The translations under genes were made by a program, and so were the position numbers. Under the pieces are notes generated by a model. It ran no database searches and was not told where the DNA came from. It saw only the letters and a program-made list of their open reading frames with translations. A stretch of DNA of 43,072 nt from NCBI GenBank assembly GCA_964630455.1, contig CAZVVA010000002.1, forward strand, positions 1 through 43,072, read 5' to 3'. Positions 1 through 8,314 of the stretch are shown piece by piece. Each line of letters starts with the position of its first letter. Within the stretch, counting starts at the first letter, position 1. Source of the DNA: an uncultured Candidatus Sumerlaeota bacterium. GTDB lineage: Bacteria > Sumerlaeota > Sumerlaeia > MWCT01 > JAUWMI01.

Positions 1-771
1 ATGCCGAATCTGGCTCCTCAGATTAAACAAATTACTGTCAAAAAGGCCAGGGTTGCAGAGAAGCCCGAGATCAAAAGACCCCCTGAGATTGGAATAGACA
101 AGAAAGACCCTTTGGTTGGTAATCTGAGAGGGCGTCCTGGAACGGATGAGAAATCCGTTGGCAAATCTCCCGACTCCAATCCGAAAAAAATTACAATTTC
201 CTGGGACGTTTCTGACGCTAACGACGATGAATTGGAATCTACCCTCTATTTCAAAGGTGAAGGCGAGACAACCTGGAAGGAAATCGAAGACGAGATTACA
301 AACACTCGGTATACGTTTGAGACCGTCTCTATTCCAGATGGCCCGTACAGGATCAAAGTTGAGGTGACCGATTTGCCGAGAAACCCTGAGCCGCTGGCCC
401 GGACTGCATCGCTGGTCAGCGAGCTCTTTATCGTAGATAATACCCCACCCGAGATTGCCACGTTCAGTGCGCGTGAGAAGTCAGCGGGCATTTTTACGAT
501 CACCGCCACTGCAAAGGACGGGGCGAGCATTATTGCTGCGGCGCAGTATAACGTTGACGCCGACGACTGGCTGTACCTCATGCCTACAGATGGCATTTTT
601 GACGCTGCTGAGGAACTATTCGCCTTTGATACGGAATTACTAACAGTTGGCGAACATACACTCAGTCTTATGGTTACGGATGACGAGGGCAATACTACGG
701 TACGCAAGGTTCTGGTAACAGTGAAAGGAAGTGGTAATGTTTCGGGTAAAGCTGCATCCGCTCAAGATTAA
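1..771 (+). CDS. C-terminal part of a secreted/surface protein with Ig-like beta-sandwich repeats (5' end outside the window)
   Basis: The ORF is open from base 1 to TAA at 769-771. Two ~90-aa segments have a beta-strand-like pattern ending in 'YRIKVEVTD' and 'HTLSLMVTDDEGN', typical of bacterial Ig-like/FN3-like domains. No catalytic motif was recognised. Confidence 0.5.
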   Translation: MPNLAPQIKQITVKKARVAEKPEIKRPPEIGIDKKDPLVGNLRGRPGTDEKSVGKSPDSNPKKITISWDVSDANDDELESTLYFKGEGETTWKEIEDEITNTRYTFETVSIPDGPYRIKVEVTDLPRNPEPLARTASLVSELFIVDNTPPEIATFSAREKSAGIFTITATAKDGASIIAAAQYNVDADDWLYLMPTDGIFDAAEELFAFDTELLTVGEHTLSLMVTDDEGNTTVRKVLVTVKGSGNVSGKAASAQD

Positions 772-1375
772 TCACGCAACCAAGCTGACCTTACTACGCA
801 TTGTGTGCGTGCCGCTGTTGGCAATTCTGGTTTACTACGGGTGGTGGGGCTGGGTGCTTATAGTCTTTGCGTTTTCTGCTTTGACGGATGCAGCAGATGG
901 CATCATTGCTCGGGCATTACGGCAAAAGACATGGCTGGGCAGCTTTCTCGATCCGCTTGCTGATAAATTGCTTCTGGTCACCGCCTTTATCTCCATGTCG
1001 TTCCTCGTTCGCGACCCGACGGGGCAGACGGGGGTGATTACTGTCCGCGCTTGGATCACTATCGTGGTCGTTTTTCGCGATGTCGTGATTTTACTGGGTG
1101 TGGGCATCCTGCAAATTCTCATCAAGGATCTCGAGTACCGGCCCACGCTTCTGAGCAAAGCCACAACAGTTTGTCAGACTATCACGATTTTTGAAGTTGC
1201 ATTGGCCAATTACCTGATCACCAGTGGCCGCGCTACGGTCGAGCAATTCCTTTTCCCTACAAGTTTGCTCTGCCACATAACCCTTGCAATTACGATTCTC
1301 TCCGGACTACATTACATTCTTATTGGCACAAAAATGCTCTCGCACCATAAAGACTCGCGCCCAGCAACGGGTTAG
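737..1375 (+). CDS. pgsA: CDP-alcohol phosphatidyltransferase (phosphatidylglycerophosphate synthase-like)
   Basis: The family signature D-x2-D-G-x2-A-R-x8-G-x3-D-x3-D is present as 'DAADGIIARALRQKTWLGSFLDPLADK'. The protein is a multi-TM hydrophobic protein of ~210 aa. ATG 737 is preceded by AAAGGAAG (724-731); the track ORF starts at GTG 731. Confidence 0.75.
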   Translation: MFRVKLHPLKINHATKLTLLRIVCVPLLAILVYYGWWGWVLIVFAFSALTDAADGIIARALRQKTWLGSFLDPLADKLLLVTAFISMSFLVRDPTGQTGVITVRAWITIVVVFRDVVILLGVGILQILIKDLEYRPTLLSKATTVCQTITIFEVALANYLITSGRATVEQFLFPTSLLCHITLAITILSGLHYILIGTKMLSHHKDSRPATG

Positions 1376-1379
1376 TAGT

Positions 1380-2699
1380 ATGCGCCACGGTGTCCGCGTT
1401 CAACACGTCGAACCAGATGGGCTTGCCGCGCGTTATGGGATTCGCACGGGCGATCATCTGCTTAGAATTAACAATCACCCTGTGCATGACGCACTTGATT
1501 TCCTTTACTTCTCAGCCCGAAAGCGACTTCGCCTTGAGATCAAATCGCGCACAGGTAGCCTTAACACCGTCTGCATCCGGAAACGCTCTGACGAATACCC
1601 GCTGGGCTTGACCACTGCGCCATTTAAAATTCGTCGTTGCCGCAACCGTTGTCTCTTCTGCTTTTTTCACCAGCTTCCTCCGAACCTGCGCAAGGAGCTC
1701 TACATCAAGGATGAGGACTACCGGCTGTCGTTTTTGCACGGCAACTATATAACAGCCACGGATTTGACTGAAGCGGATTTTACCCGAATTGCCCGGCAGC
1801 GCCTGTCGCCGCTTTACATCTCTGTCCACACCACTGATCCCGCACTTCGGCTTAAGCTGCTCGGTCGCAAACAGGCACCTGACATTCTCCAGATTCTCCG
1901 GCGGCTCAGGAGGCACACGATCTCGTTCCACACCCAAATCGTGCTCTGCCCTGGCTTGAATAACGGAGCGCATTTGCAACGTACCATTACTGAGCTTGCG
2001 CAATTTTACCCCTACCTCCTTTCGATTGCTGTTGTGCCCGTGGGGCTGACGAAATATCGTCCTCGCGCAGTGCGGCTCATGCGTGGTGTGACGCCCGCGT
2101 ATGCACGCAGATTCTTGCGCCAGATAGAGCCGCTCAGGCAAACATTGACCAGGAAGCTTGGCCGCTGTATTCTGTTCTTAAGCGACGAGTTCTACCTGCT
2201 GGCAGGCAGAAAACCTCCATTCTACCGCGGATTCGACATGGTGCCGCAATTGGAAAACGGCATAGGCATGGTGTCGCAATTCTATGAGCACTACGGCAAG
2301 GCCGTTCGCAGACTGCCGAAATCCTTGTCACAACAACGGCGTGTCGGCGTAATAACCAGCAAGCTCGGAGAGGGCGTTCTGCGCCGCATCATCACCCGAT
2401 TGAACCAGATCAGAAATTTGCGGCTTGACCCTCTGGTTGTTTCAAACCGCCTGTTCGGCCCCACAGTGACTGTGACTGGACTGATGGCAGGCAAGGATAT
2501 TTTGCGCACCATTCGCAGGCATCCTGGGTACGACACATATTTTATCCCGGCGAATTGCCTGCGGCCGGAAGATAATCTCTTTCTCGACAATATGAGCCTG
2601 TACCAGCTCGCAGCGTCAACAAAGTCTGATGTGAGAGTTGTACCTAATGATGTTAAGGTATTCATTGCAGAAGCCATTGGAACAGCACATGAACGCTAA
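1380..2699 (+). CDS. DUF512-type protein (N-terminal PDZ-like domain + CX3CX2C radical-SAM-like cluster)
   Basis: It has a PDZ-like segment 'VEPDGLAARYGIRTGDHLLRINNHPV' and a Cys cluster 'CRNRCLFC' (CX3CX2C). It sits immediately upstream of der, as is usual for this family. ATG 1380 lies 4 nt after the pgsA stop; the track ORF start at 1284 lies inside pgsA. Confidence 0.7.
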   Translation: MRHGVRVQHVEPDGLAARYGIRTGDHLLRINNHPVHDALDFLYFSARKRLRLEIKSRTGSLNTVCIRKRSDEYPLGLTTAPFKIRRCRNRCLFCFFHQLPPNLRKELYIKDEDYRLSFLHGNYITATDLTEADFTRIARQRLSPLYISVHTTDPALRLKLLGRKQAPDILQILRRLRRHTISFHTQIVLCPGLNNGAHLQRTITELAQFYPYLLSIAVVPVGLTKYRPRAVRLMRGVTPAYARRFLRQIEPLRQTLTRKLGRCILFLSDEFYLLAGRKPPFYRGFDMVPQLENGIGMVSQFYEHYGKAVRRLPKSLSQQRRVGVITSKLGEGVLRRIITRLNQIRNLRLDPLVVSNRLFGPTVTVTGLMAGKDILRTIRRHPGYDTYFIPANCLRPEDNLFLDNMSLYQLAASTKSDVRVVPNDVKVFIAEAIGTAHER

Positions 2700-4056
2700 G
2701 GTCCACATCGTCACTCCCCCACTTCCAATAGTGGCTATTATCGGAAGGCCTAATGTCGGCAAGTCCACCCTCTTTAATCGAATTGTCGGACTTCGAAAGG
2801 CTGTTGTGTCACCTGCGCCCGGCCTGACGCGCGACCGTAAGTATGCCCGCAGCAGTTGGGAGGGCAAGGATTTCCTACTGGTGGATACAGGGGGATACGA
2901 GCCAAACACGCAGGAGGAGATATCCGTACACATGCGTGAACAGACATGCCTGGCAATTGATGAGGCTGACCTGGTTCTTTTTCTGGCGGATGTTTCCGAG
3001 CCGCTTAATCCCTTGGACGAAGATATTGTGCATGAGCTGCGGACCACCGGAAAGCCCTTCTTTATCGTCGTGAATAAGTGTGACGATTCGAAGCGCAAAG
3101 CCCAGGCTTATGGCTTTAGTCGTTTTGGTGTATCCACAATCTATCCAGTCTCCTCCATGCACGGACTGGGAATCAGCCAGCTACTCGACGACGCGGCGGC
3201 TGCCTTGCCTCCTCCAATGGATGTAAGAGATGAGGCAGGCGGTATTCGCATTGCCGTGGTGGGGCGCCAGAACGTGGGGAAATCTACCCTCATTAATACA
3301 CTTCTCGGACAGCAGCGGGTAATTGCCCACGCAACGCCAGGCACTACACACGACGCCATTGACACCACATTTGAACTTGAAGGACGCCGCTATACGATTA
3401 TTGATACTGCAGGCATCCGGCGCCGTGGGAAAATCGCCAGAGGAATCGAAAGACTCGTAGTCGCGTCTTCCATTATGAGTCTGGAGCGTTGCGATATTGC
3501 GCTGCTGGTGCTGGATGCACAGTCCGGCATTGTGAAGCAGGACACACATATTGGCGGGTACGCACTGGAAGCCGGTAAGGCTTGTATTCTTGTTGTCAAC
3601 AAGTGGGATGGCGTTGAGAAAGACACAGACACCAGTGGCGCTTATGCCAAGATTTTGCGTCGCGAATTCAATTTCTTGCCGTTTCCGCCGATTGTCTTCG
3701 TGTCCGCACTATCTGGACAACGGGTCATGACGATCTTGCCGCTGGTTGATAAGTTGTATGCTTCGGCTCGCAAAGAAATCAAAACCTCGCAGCTCAACAA
3801 GACATTGGAGCGTCTACTCAGCCAGTTCCCTCCTCCTGTCCGGAAGGGCAAGGCGCTGAAAATTCACTATGTCACTCAAATCGGTGTTTTGCCACCGAGA
3901 TTTGCGTTGTTTGTCAACGACCCGACACTGATGCACTTTTCATATCAACGCTACTTGGTGAATCAACTACGTGAAGAATTTGAATTTCAGGGAGTTCCCA
4001 TTCGGCTGAAGCTGCGTAGGAGAGCCGATTCGGCATCCCGGTCGCGCAGAAGATAG
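2689..4056 (+). CDS. der: Ribosome-associated GTPase Der/EngA (double GTPase domain)
   Basis: Two tandem G domains are present: G1 'GRPNVGKST' and 'GRQNVGKST', G3 'DTGG'/'DTAG', G4 'NKCD'/'NKWD', followed by a basic KH-like C-terminus. ATG 2689 overlaps the upstream stop at 2697-2699. Confidence 0.95.
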   Translation: MNAKVHIVTPPLPIVAIIGRPNVGKSTLFNRIVGLRKAVVSPAPGLTRDRKYARSSWEGKDFLLVDTGGYEPNTQEEISVHMREQTCLAIDEADLVLFLADVSEPLNPLDEDIVHELRTTGKPFFIVVNKCDDSKRKAQAYGFSRFGVSTIYPVSSMHGLGISQLLDDAAAALPPPMDVRDEAGGIRIAVVGRQNVGKSTLINTLLGQQRVIAHATPGTTHDAIDTTFELEGRRYTIIDTAGIRRRGKIARGIERLVVASSIMSLERCDIALLVLDAQSGIVKQDTHIGGYALEAGKACILVVNKWDGVEKDTDTSGAYAKILRREFNFLPFPPIVFVSALSGQRVMTILPLVDKLYASARKEIKTSQLNKTLERLLSQFPPPVRKGKALKIHYVTQIGVLPPRFALFVNDPTLMHFSYQRYLVNQLREEFEFQGVPIRLKLRRRADSASRSRRR

Positions 4057-4174
4057 CATGAGCGCTGCCGGTCTGAATTGAGCAGCAAAAGATACCTGCG
4101 CCTGGTCGCCTGGCTCGGGTAGTGCGGCCGCTGGTGGGAAATTATAGATCATTGTCTATGCAAACGGACCGTCC

Positions 4175-4783
4175 ATGACATTTTTCGTACTACTGTTGAT
4201 CGCATATCTGATTGGGTCAATCCCGACAAGCTTCATTCTCGGGAAACTGCTGCGTGGGATTGACCTGCGCGAGCATGGAAGTCGAAATGTCGGTGCGACA
4301 AACGCCATGCGCGTCCTCGGAAAACCTGTGGGAATCGCCGCGCTTTTCGTGGATGCCGCTAAAGGCTTCTTCCCAACGCTTCTGTTTCCGCTCATCAGCG
4401 GAGAGAGCGCCTCTGGGTTCTTAAGTCAGGAGAACCAGGCGCTTTGCATTGGTCTTGCTGCAGTTATCGGCCATATCTTCACAATCTTTTTGAAGTATAA
4501 AGGCGGCAAAGGAGTGGCCACTGGTATTGGAGTGTATCTCGCCCTTGCTCCCAAGGCACTGCTCCTGACCTTCAGCATTTGTTTGATTCTGGTAGCTAGC
4601 ACGCGTTACGTGTCGCTCGGATCCTTAACAGGGGCTATTCTGCTTCCGATCTTTCTGCTGCTTGTTGGACCGCGTTCCCTGCTGCTTGTGATTTTTACCG
4701 TTCTCCTCGGAGGCCTGGTCATCTGGAGGCACCGTGAGAATATAAAGCGCTTGGTGCAAGGAACAGAATCAAAGATTTTTTAG
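4175..4783 (+). CDS. plsY: Glycerol-3-phosphate acyltransferase PlsY
   Basis: It carries the signature 'GSIPTSFILGKLLRGIDLREHGSRNVGATNAMRVLG' and 'KGGKGVATG'. The protein is ~200 aa and polytopic. The der-plsY-gpsA order is conserved synteny. Confidence 0.9.
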   Translation: MTFFVLLLIAYLIGSIPTSFILGKLLRGIDLREHGSRNVGATNAMRVLGKPVGIAALFVDAAKGFFPTLLFPLISGESASGFLSQENQALCIGLAAVIGHIFTIFLKYKGGKGVATGIGVYLALAPKALLLTFSICLILVASTRYVSLGSLTGAILLPIFLLLVGPRSLLLVIFTVLLGGLVIWRHRENIKRLVQGTESKIF

Positions 4784-4882
4784 CTGGTGTCACTAAGACC
4801 CCAGCAGGATTACTCTAAAATGCACGAACATCTCTTGCCACACGTTTATTCTCGGGCAGATTGATATAAGGAGCAAGCGGAT

Positions 4883-5908
4883 ATGAGCCAAGCCAGCGCC
4901 AAACCTGTCGTCTGCGTTCTGGGTGGCGGAACCTGGGGAACAACGCTCGCCCACCTGCTCTCGCTTAAGCGCTTTAAAGTACAGATCTGGGATGTTGACG
5001 AACAGGTTGTCGCGTCTCTGGTAAAAAGCCGTATCCCTCACCGTCTTCCCCACGTGTATCTGCCCAAGAGGATTATGATTACCAACGACCTCCAGATGGC
5101 CCTCCGCCAGGCAAATACGGTTGTCATAGCAATCCCGTCGCACGGGATGCGAGCGCTGTGCGAGCAGCTCAAATCTCTGGGCATTGCGCGCCTCAATGCG
5201 CCAATTATAATTGGCGCGAAGGGTCTTGACACCAAGCAACTGACGACGCTATCGCGCGTGGCGCTCGATGTTATTGGAGAGGCTGTACGGGATCAGCTCT
5301 GTGTGCTGTCCGGCCCAAGCCATGCCGAGGAAGTGTCGCGAGGAGTACCCACTTCCGTAGTTGTGTCTGCATATCATCAAGAAACTGCAGGAGCTGTGCA
5401 GCGGCTCTTCATGACACCCACATTCCGCGTGTACACGCATCAGGATGTCCTGGGCGTCGAGCTGGGAGGTGCGCTCAAGAATATTATTGCGATTGCGGCG
5501 GGTGTGTGCGACGGCCTCAGGCTTGGCGACAACGCAAAAGCTGCACTGCTAACGCGCGGTCTGGCTGAGATTATTCGCCTGGGCAAGGCCATGGGAGCCG
5601 ACGTCCAGACCTTTACTGGTCTCGCTGGCGTGGGTGACCTGATTGTGACCGCTTTGAGCCGCCATAGCAGGAACCGTGCTTTTGGCGAGCGGATTGCTCG
5701 AGACTTAACAGTAAAAGACGCACAACGTCAAATTGGTATGGTCGTGGAAGGCATCACAACTACTCAGGCTGCTCGTCAATTGGCTAAGCGGCATGATGTT
5801 TCAATGCCAATTACTGAGGAAGTCTATAATATTATCTTCAAAGATCGGACACCCAAGGAGGCCCTTGCCAAGCTTATGCGTCGCAGGCCAAAGCCTGAAA
5901 TTTACTAA
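4883..5908 (+). CDS. gpsA: NAD(P)H-dependent glycerol-3-phosphate dehydrogenase
   Basis: It has the Rossmann N-terminus 'VLGGGTWGTTLAHLL' plus 'GALKNIIAIAAG' and 'LLTRGLAEI'. An AAGGAG RBS lies upstream of the ATG. The gene ends in TAA. Confidence 0.92.
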   Translation: MSQASAKPVVCVLGGGTWGTTLAHLLSLKRFKVQIWDVDEQVVASLVKSRIPHRLPHVYLPKRIMITNDLQMALRQANTVVIAIPSHGMRALCEQLKSLGIARLNAPIIIGAKGLDTKQLTTLSRVALDVIGEAVRDQLCVLSGPSHAEEVSRGVPTSVVVSAYHQETAGAVQRLFMTPTFRVYTHQDVLGVELGGALKNIIAIAAGVCDGLRLGDNAKAALLTRGLAEIIRLGKAMGADVQTFTGLAGVGDLIVTALSRHSRNRAFGERIARDLTVKDAQRQIGMVVEGITTTQAARQLAKRHDVSMPITEEVYNIIFKDRTPKEALAKLMRRRPKPEIY

Positions 5909-6497
5909 CAGTGGCATAGGGATTATTCTTTCACCACCTACTCGGACACCGGCCTGGCCCGTACACCCCCCCCCGTGTTTCCCCACAGAGACCACCAAAA
6001 CACTAACGTATCCTTTACCGGCAGGCCTCGTACACAGCGCCTGGATTGTGCAGCACAGTTTGTTCCGTACATACTGTTAGCACGATTGTCTTCCTCACCC
6101 TCTCCTTCAATGCAGCACCGACTCGCATGTCTATTCTGCCCATGGAGCCAAATGCAGTTGTAAAATCTGTGCCATGAGCATAAAAAAAGCTTGATTTCGC
6201 TTTCAGTGCGTGCCATCAAGTACTTAAAAATAAGTCATGTAGACGAGTTACAAGCCGAAAGCTTCAGAGGTTAGTACTGCTTTCGATAAGAAGGAGGTGA
6301 GGACATACTTAAGTAAAAAGTTGCCTGGCGCTACTATATAAAGACTTCCTTGGGTGTTTTCCTGTGTAGTGCTGTGGTAAATGCGGCAATTCTTGCCCAT
6401 AGGGCACCAGTTACCTTAGCAGTTCTCATGCAAGTATGATGTGTTGTGATGTCATGACCCGCTGATTGGCACAGTTGATGAAGAAAGGGTGATACTG

Positions 6498-6890
6498 ATG
6501 GCAGATGCTGCGATCAAAACGCACAGGGACAAGCTGTTCTACCGCATTAACGAAGTAAGCATGATTACGGACATAAAGCCCTACGTCCTACGCTATTGGG
6601 AAACTGAGTTTAAGGAGCTCCAGCCGCAAAAGGATCAGAGCGACCAGCGCCGATATCGTAAGAGCGACATCGAAATGATCCTTCTTATTAAGAAGCTGCT
6701 CTATGAAGAGCGTTTTACAATTGCGGGAGCAAAGAACAAAATCAAGGACATGTATCGCCAAAGTCGAGATGCAGAGAAAAACGCTAAGCAAGTGACCCGT
6801 AAGCGCAGTGGCAACCTCAAGACGATCGGCAAAAAGCTTAACTCTGTACAGAAAGATCTGCATCAATTGGCTAACTCCCTGGACCGCTAG
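6498..6890 (+). CDS. Small MerR-family transcriptional regulator
   Basis: The MerR HTH region reads '[24 protein letters not shown]....[18 protein letters not shown]'. ATG 6498 is preceded by GAAAGGG; the track ORF starts at GTG 6489. Confidence 0.8.
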   Translation: MADAAIKTHRDKLFYRINEVSMITDIKPYVLRYWETEFKELQPQKDQSDQRRYRKSDIEMILLIKKLLYEERFTIAGAKNKIKDMYRQSRDAEKNAKQVTRKRSGNLKTIGKKLNSVQKDLHQLANSLDR

Positions 6891-7099
6891 AATATCTGTT
6901 TTGCAAACAATTGGCTTTTGCAACCCAGTAGCTCACAGAACGTGCAAGCAGTAAAGAACGTGAACAGTAGTGGTATGAAGTGCAAGAGGAGTGTCGTGTT
7001 TGCGGCATACCGTTTGCCAGGGGGCAAAAGCTAAGGTCAATCTATCGACGGAGATTCACAGACAGTCATAAATACAGAATTCCAATACATACTTTTGGT

Positions 7100-7176
7100 C
7101 GGGGCGTAGCGCAGCCTGGTAGCGCACCTGAATGGGGTTCAGGTGGTCGCTGGTTCAAATCCAGTCGCCCCGACCA
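7100..7176 (+). tRNA. tRNA-Pro (anticodon GGG), CCA encoded
   Basis: The cloverleaf was folded by hand. The acceptor is CGGGGCG/CGCCCCG, the D stem GCGC/GCGC, and the anticodon stem CCTGA/TCAGG with loop ATGGGGT (anticodon GGG). The T arm is GCTGG-TTCAAAT-CCAGT, followed by discriminator A and CCA. Confidence 0.9.
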
Positions 7177-7317
7177 TTTCTATATTGGGTTAAAAAAGGT
7201 TTAGCATTGCTTAGGCTTTTTCAAGTTGACAGGGAGACTAAATTTTAATTGACGTACACCGCAGAATATAGCATGTTTAATTCCGTTTAATATCTCTGAA
7301 AAGAAAGGAGAAGGCCG

Positions 7318-7578
7318 ATGATGAGATTGATGACAGTACTGCTGGTAGTTCTTGGATTGTGTGCCCTACTTATGAGCGGCTGTGGGACGCAGGAACAAGC
7401 CCAAGCGCCAGATGTGCCAAAGGCAGAAGTAGAGGAAGCTGAAAAAGCAGGAATAGAGGCTGAGAAAGAAGCTAAAGAAGCACTAGAAGCAGCAAAAGAA
7501 GAAGCCGAGCAAGTAGAAAAGAAAGCTGAAGAAGAAGCTGAGAAAGCAAAGGATGCAGCAAAAGATTTAGTTCAGTAG
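7318..7578 (+). CDS. Small secreted lipoprotein with an E/A/K-rich helical tail
   Basis: A GAAAGGAGAAGG RBS precedes the start. The signal peptide 'MMRLMTVLLVVLGLCALLMSGC' has a lipobox-like SGC. The mature part is low-complexity (EEAEKA repeats). Confidence 0.6.
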   Translation: MMRLMTVLLVVLGLCALLMSGCGTQEQAQAPDVPKAEVEEAEKAGIEAEKEAKEALEAAKEEAEQVEKKAEEEAEKAKDAAKDLVQ

Positions 7579-8273
7579 GAATAAATAAGCTTACAGATAA
7601 AACGCTCATCGTGGCAGCATAGACGAGCATATGGCGATGTGACTTAGGCGAGTTCTTTTTTGCCAGTTTATCATCACCTTTGCAGTGGTTAGTATGTCAC
7701 TTCGGCCGGTATCTCATGTCCGTTCCGGTCGAAGTATCATACTATTTTCGCGTTTATCACCTCAAGTATACAGTATAGCGATACCTCCCTCCCGAAATTA
7801 TTAAACATACTTTTCTCCTTGATCCGTGACACTGATGATGCCTCCGAAGGCTTACTTATCCTCGACCGCGCAATAATCGAAACTCTCTCACTCCCAGCTT
7901 TACCTTGATTGTGCAAGGTTATTCGTCAGGCAGTCCATCAGCTGGCCATAAGAATTGCGCCAGGGGTAACCCCCTGCGCGCTACGACCTCCGGGGATCCG
8001 GGCATGACTCGAATATTCGGGTTTGAATGTCCACACCCAAGGGAATGAGTATACCAAGATGAATGGAATTCACTTGCGAACAAGAGGATCGTTCAGGTAT
8101 ATCTTTGCAATTAGGAAGGATAACTGTGATGGATCGGTTTCATAGCCGTGCAATATCGTGCACTGTGAACGTAATAGATAGGTGGGTGTCAACGCGGCGA
8201 TATCATTACACGCCCTGATTTCTCAGAGTATGAGCGCCCGAGAATGGACAGGGCTTGAAAACGGGTTCCGATT

Positions 8274-8291
8274 GGTTCAAATACAGTCGCT
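8274..8291 (+). repeat. Degenerate direct copy of the 3' (T-arm/acceptor) part of tRNA-Pro
   Basis: 'GGTTCAAATaCAGTCGC' at 8274-8291 matches tRNA positions 7152-7169 'GGTTCAAATcCAGTCGC' at 17/18 nt, in the same orientation and 1122 bp downstream. Flanking bases match only partly, and no full cloverleaf can be folded. Confidence 0.6.
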
Positions 8292-8314
8292 TCCACAATT
8301 AACATTTATGTGAG

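Noticed and set aside
6980-7204. A 74-aa ORF covering the tRNA-Pro gene.
   Set aside because: It is read straight through a well-folding tRNA, so the ORF is an artefact.
7420-7565. A purine-rich GAA/GCA repetitive tract in the lipoprotein gene, considered as a possible nucleotide tandem repeat.
   Set aside because: It has no fixed repeat unit and simply encodes the E/A/K low-complexity tail.
7957-8020. A possible c-di-GMP (GEMM-type) riboswitch or operator upstream of the 8315 gene: a GC hairpin, 'CCTCCGGGG', and the 10-bp palindrome CGAATATTCG at 8010-8019.
   Set aside because: I could not align it to the GEMM-I consensus (no tetraloop/receptor pair, no conserved 'GGCAAA...GGGACGCAAAGCC'). 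Ten-bp palindromes are expected dozens of times by chance in 43 kb.
8232-8296. A possible complete pseudo-tRNA around the tRNA-like 18-mer.
   Set aside because: Only ~4 bp of acceptor pairing form, and no credible D or anticodon arms could be folded. It is treated as a 3'-end fragment only.
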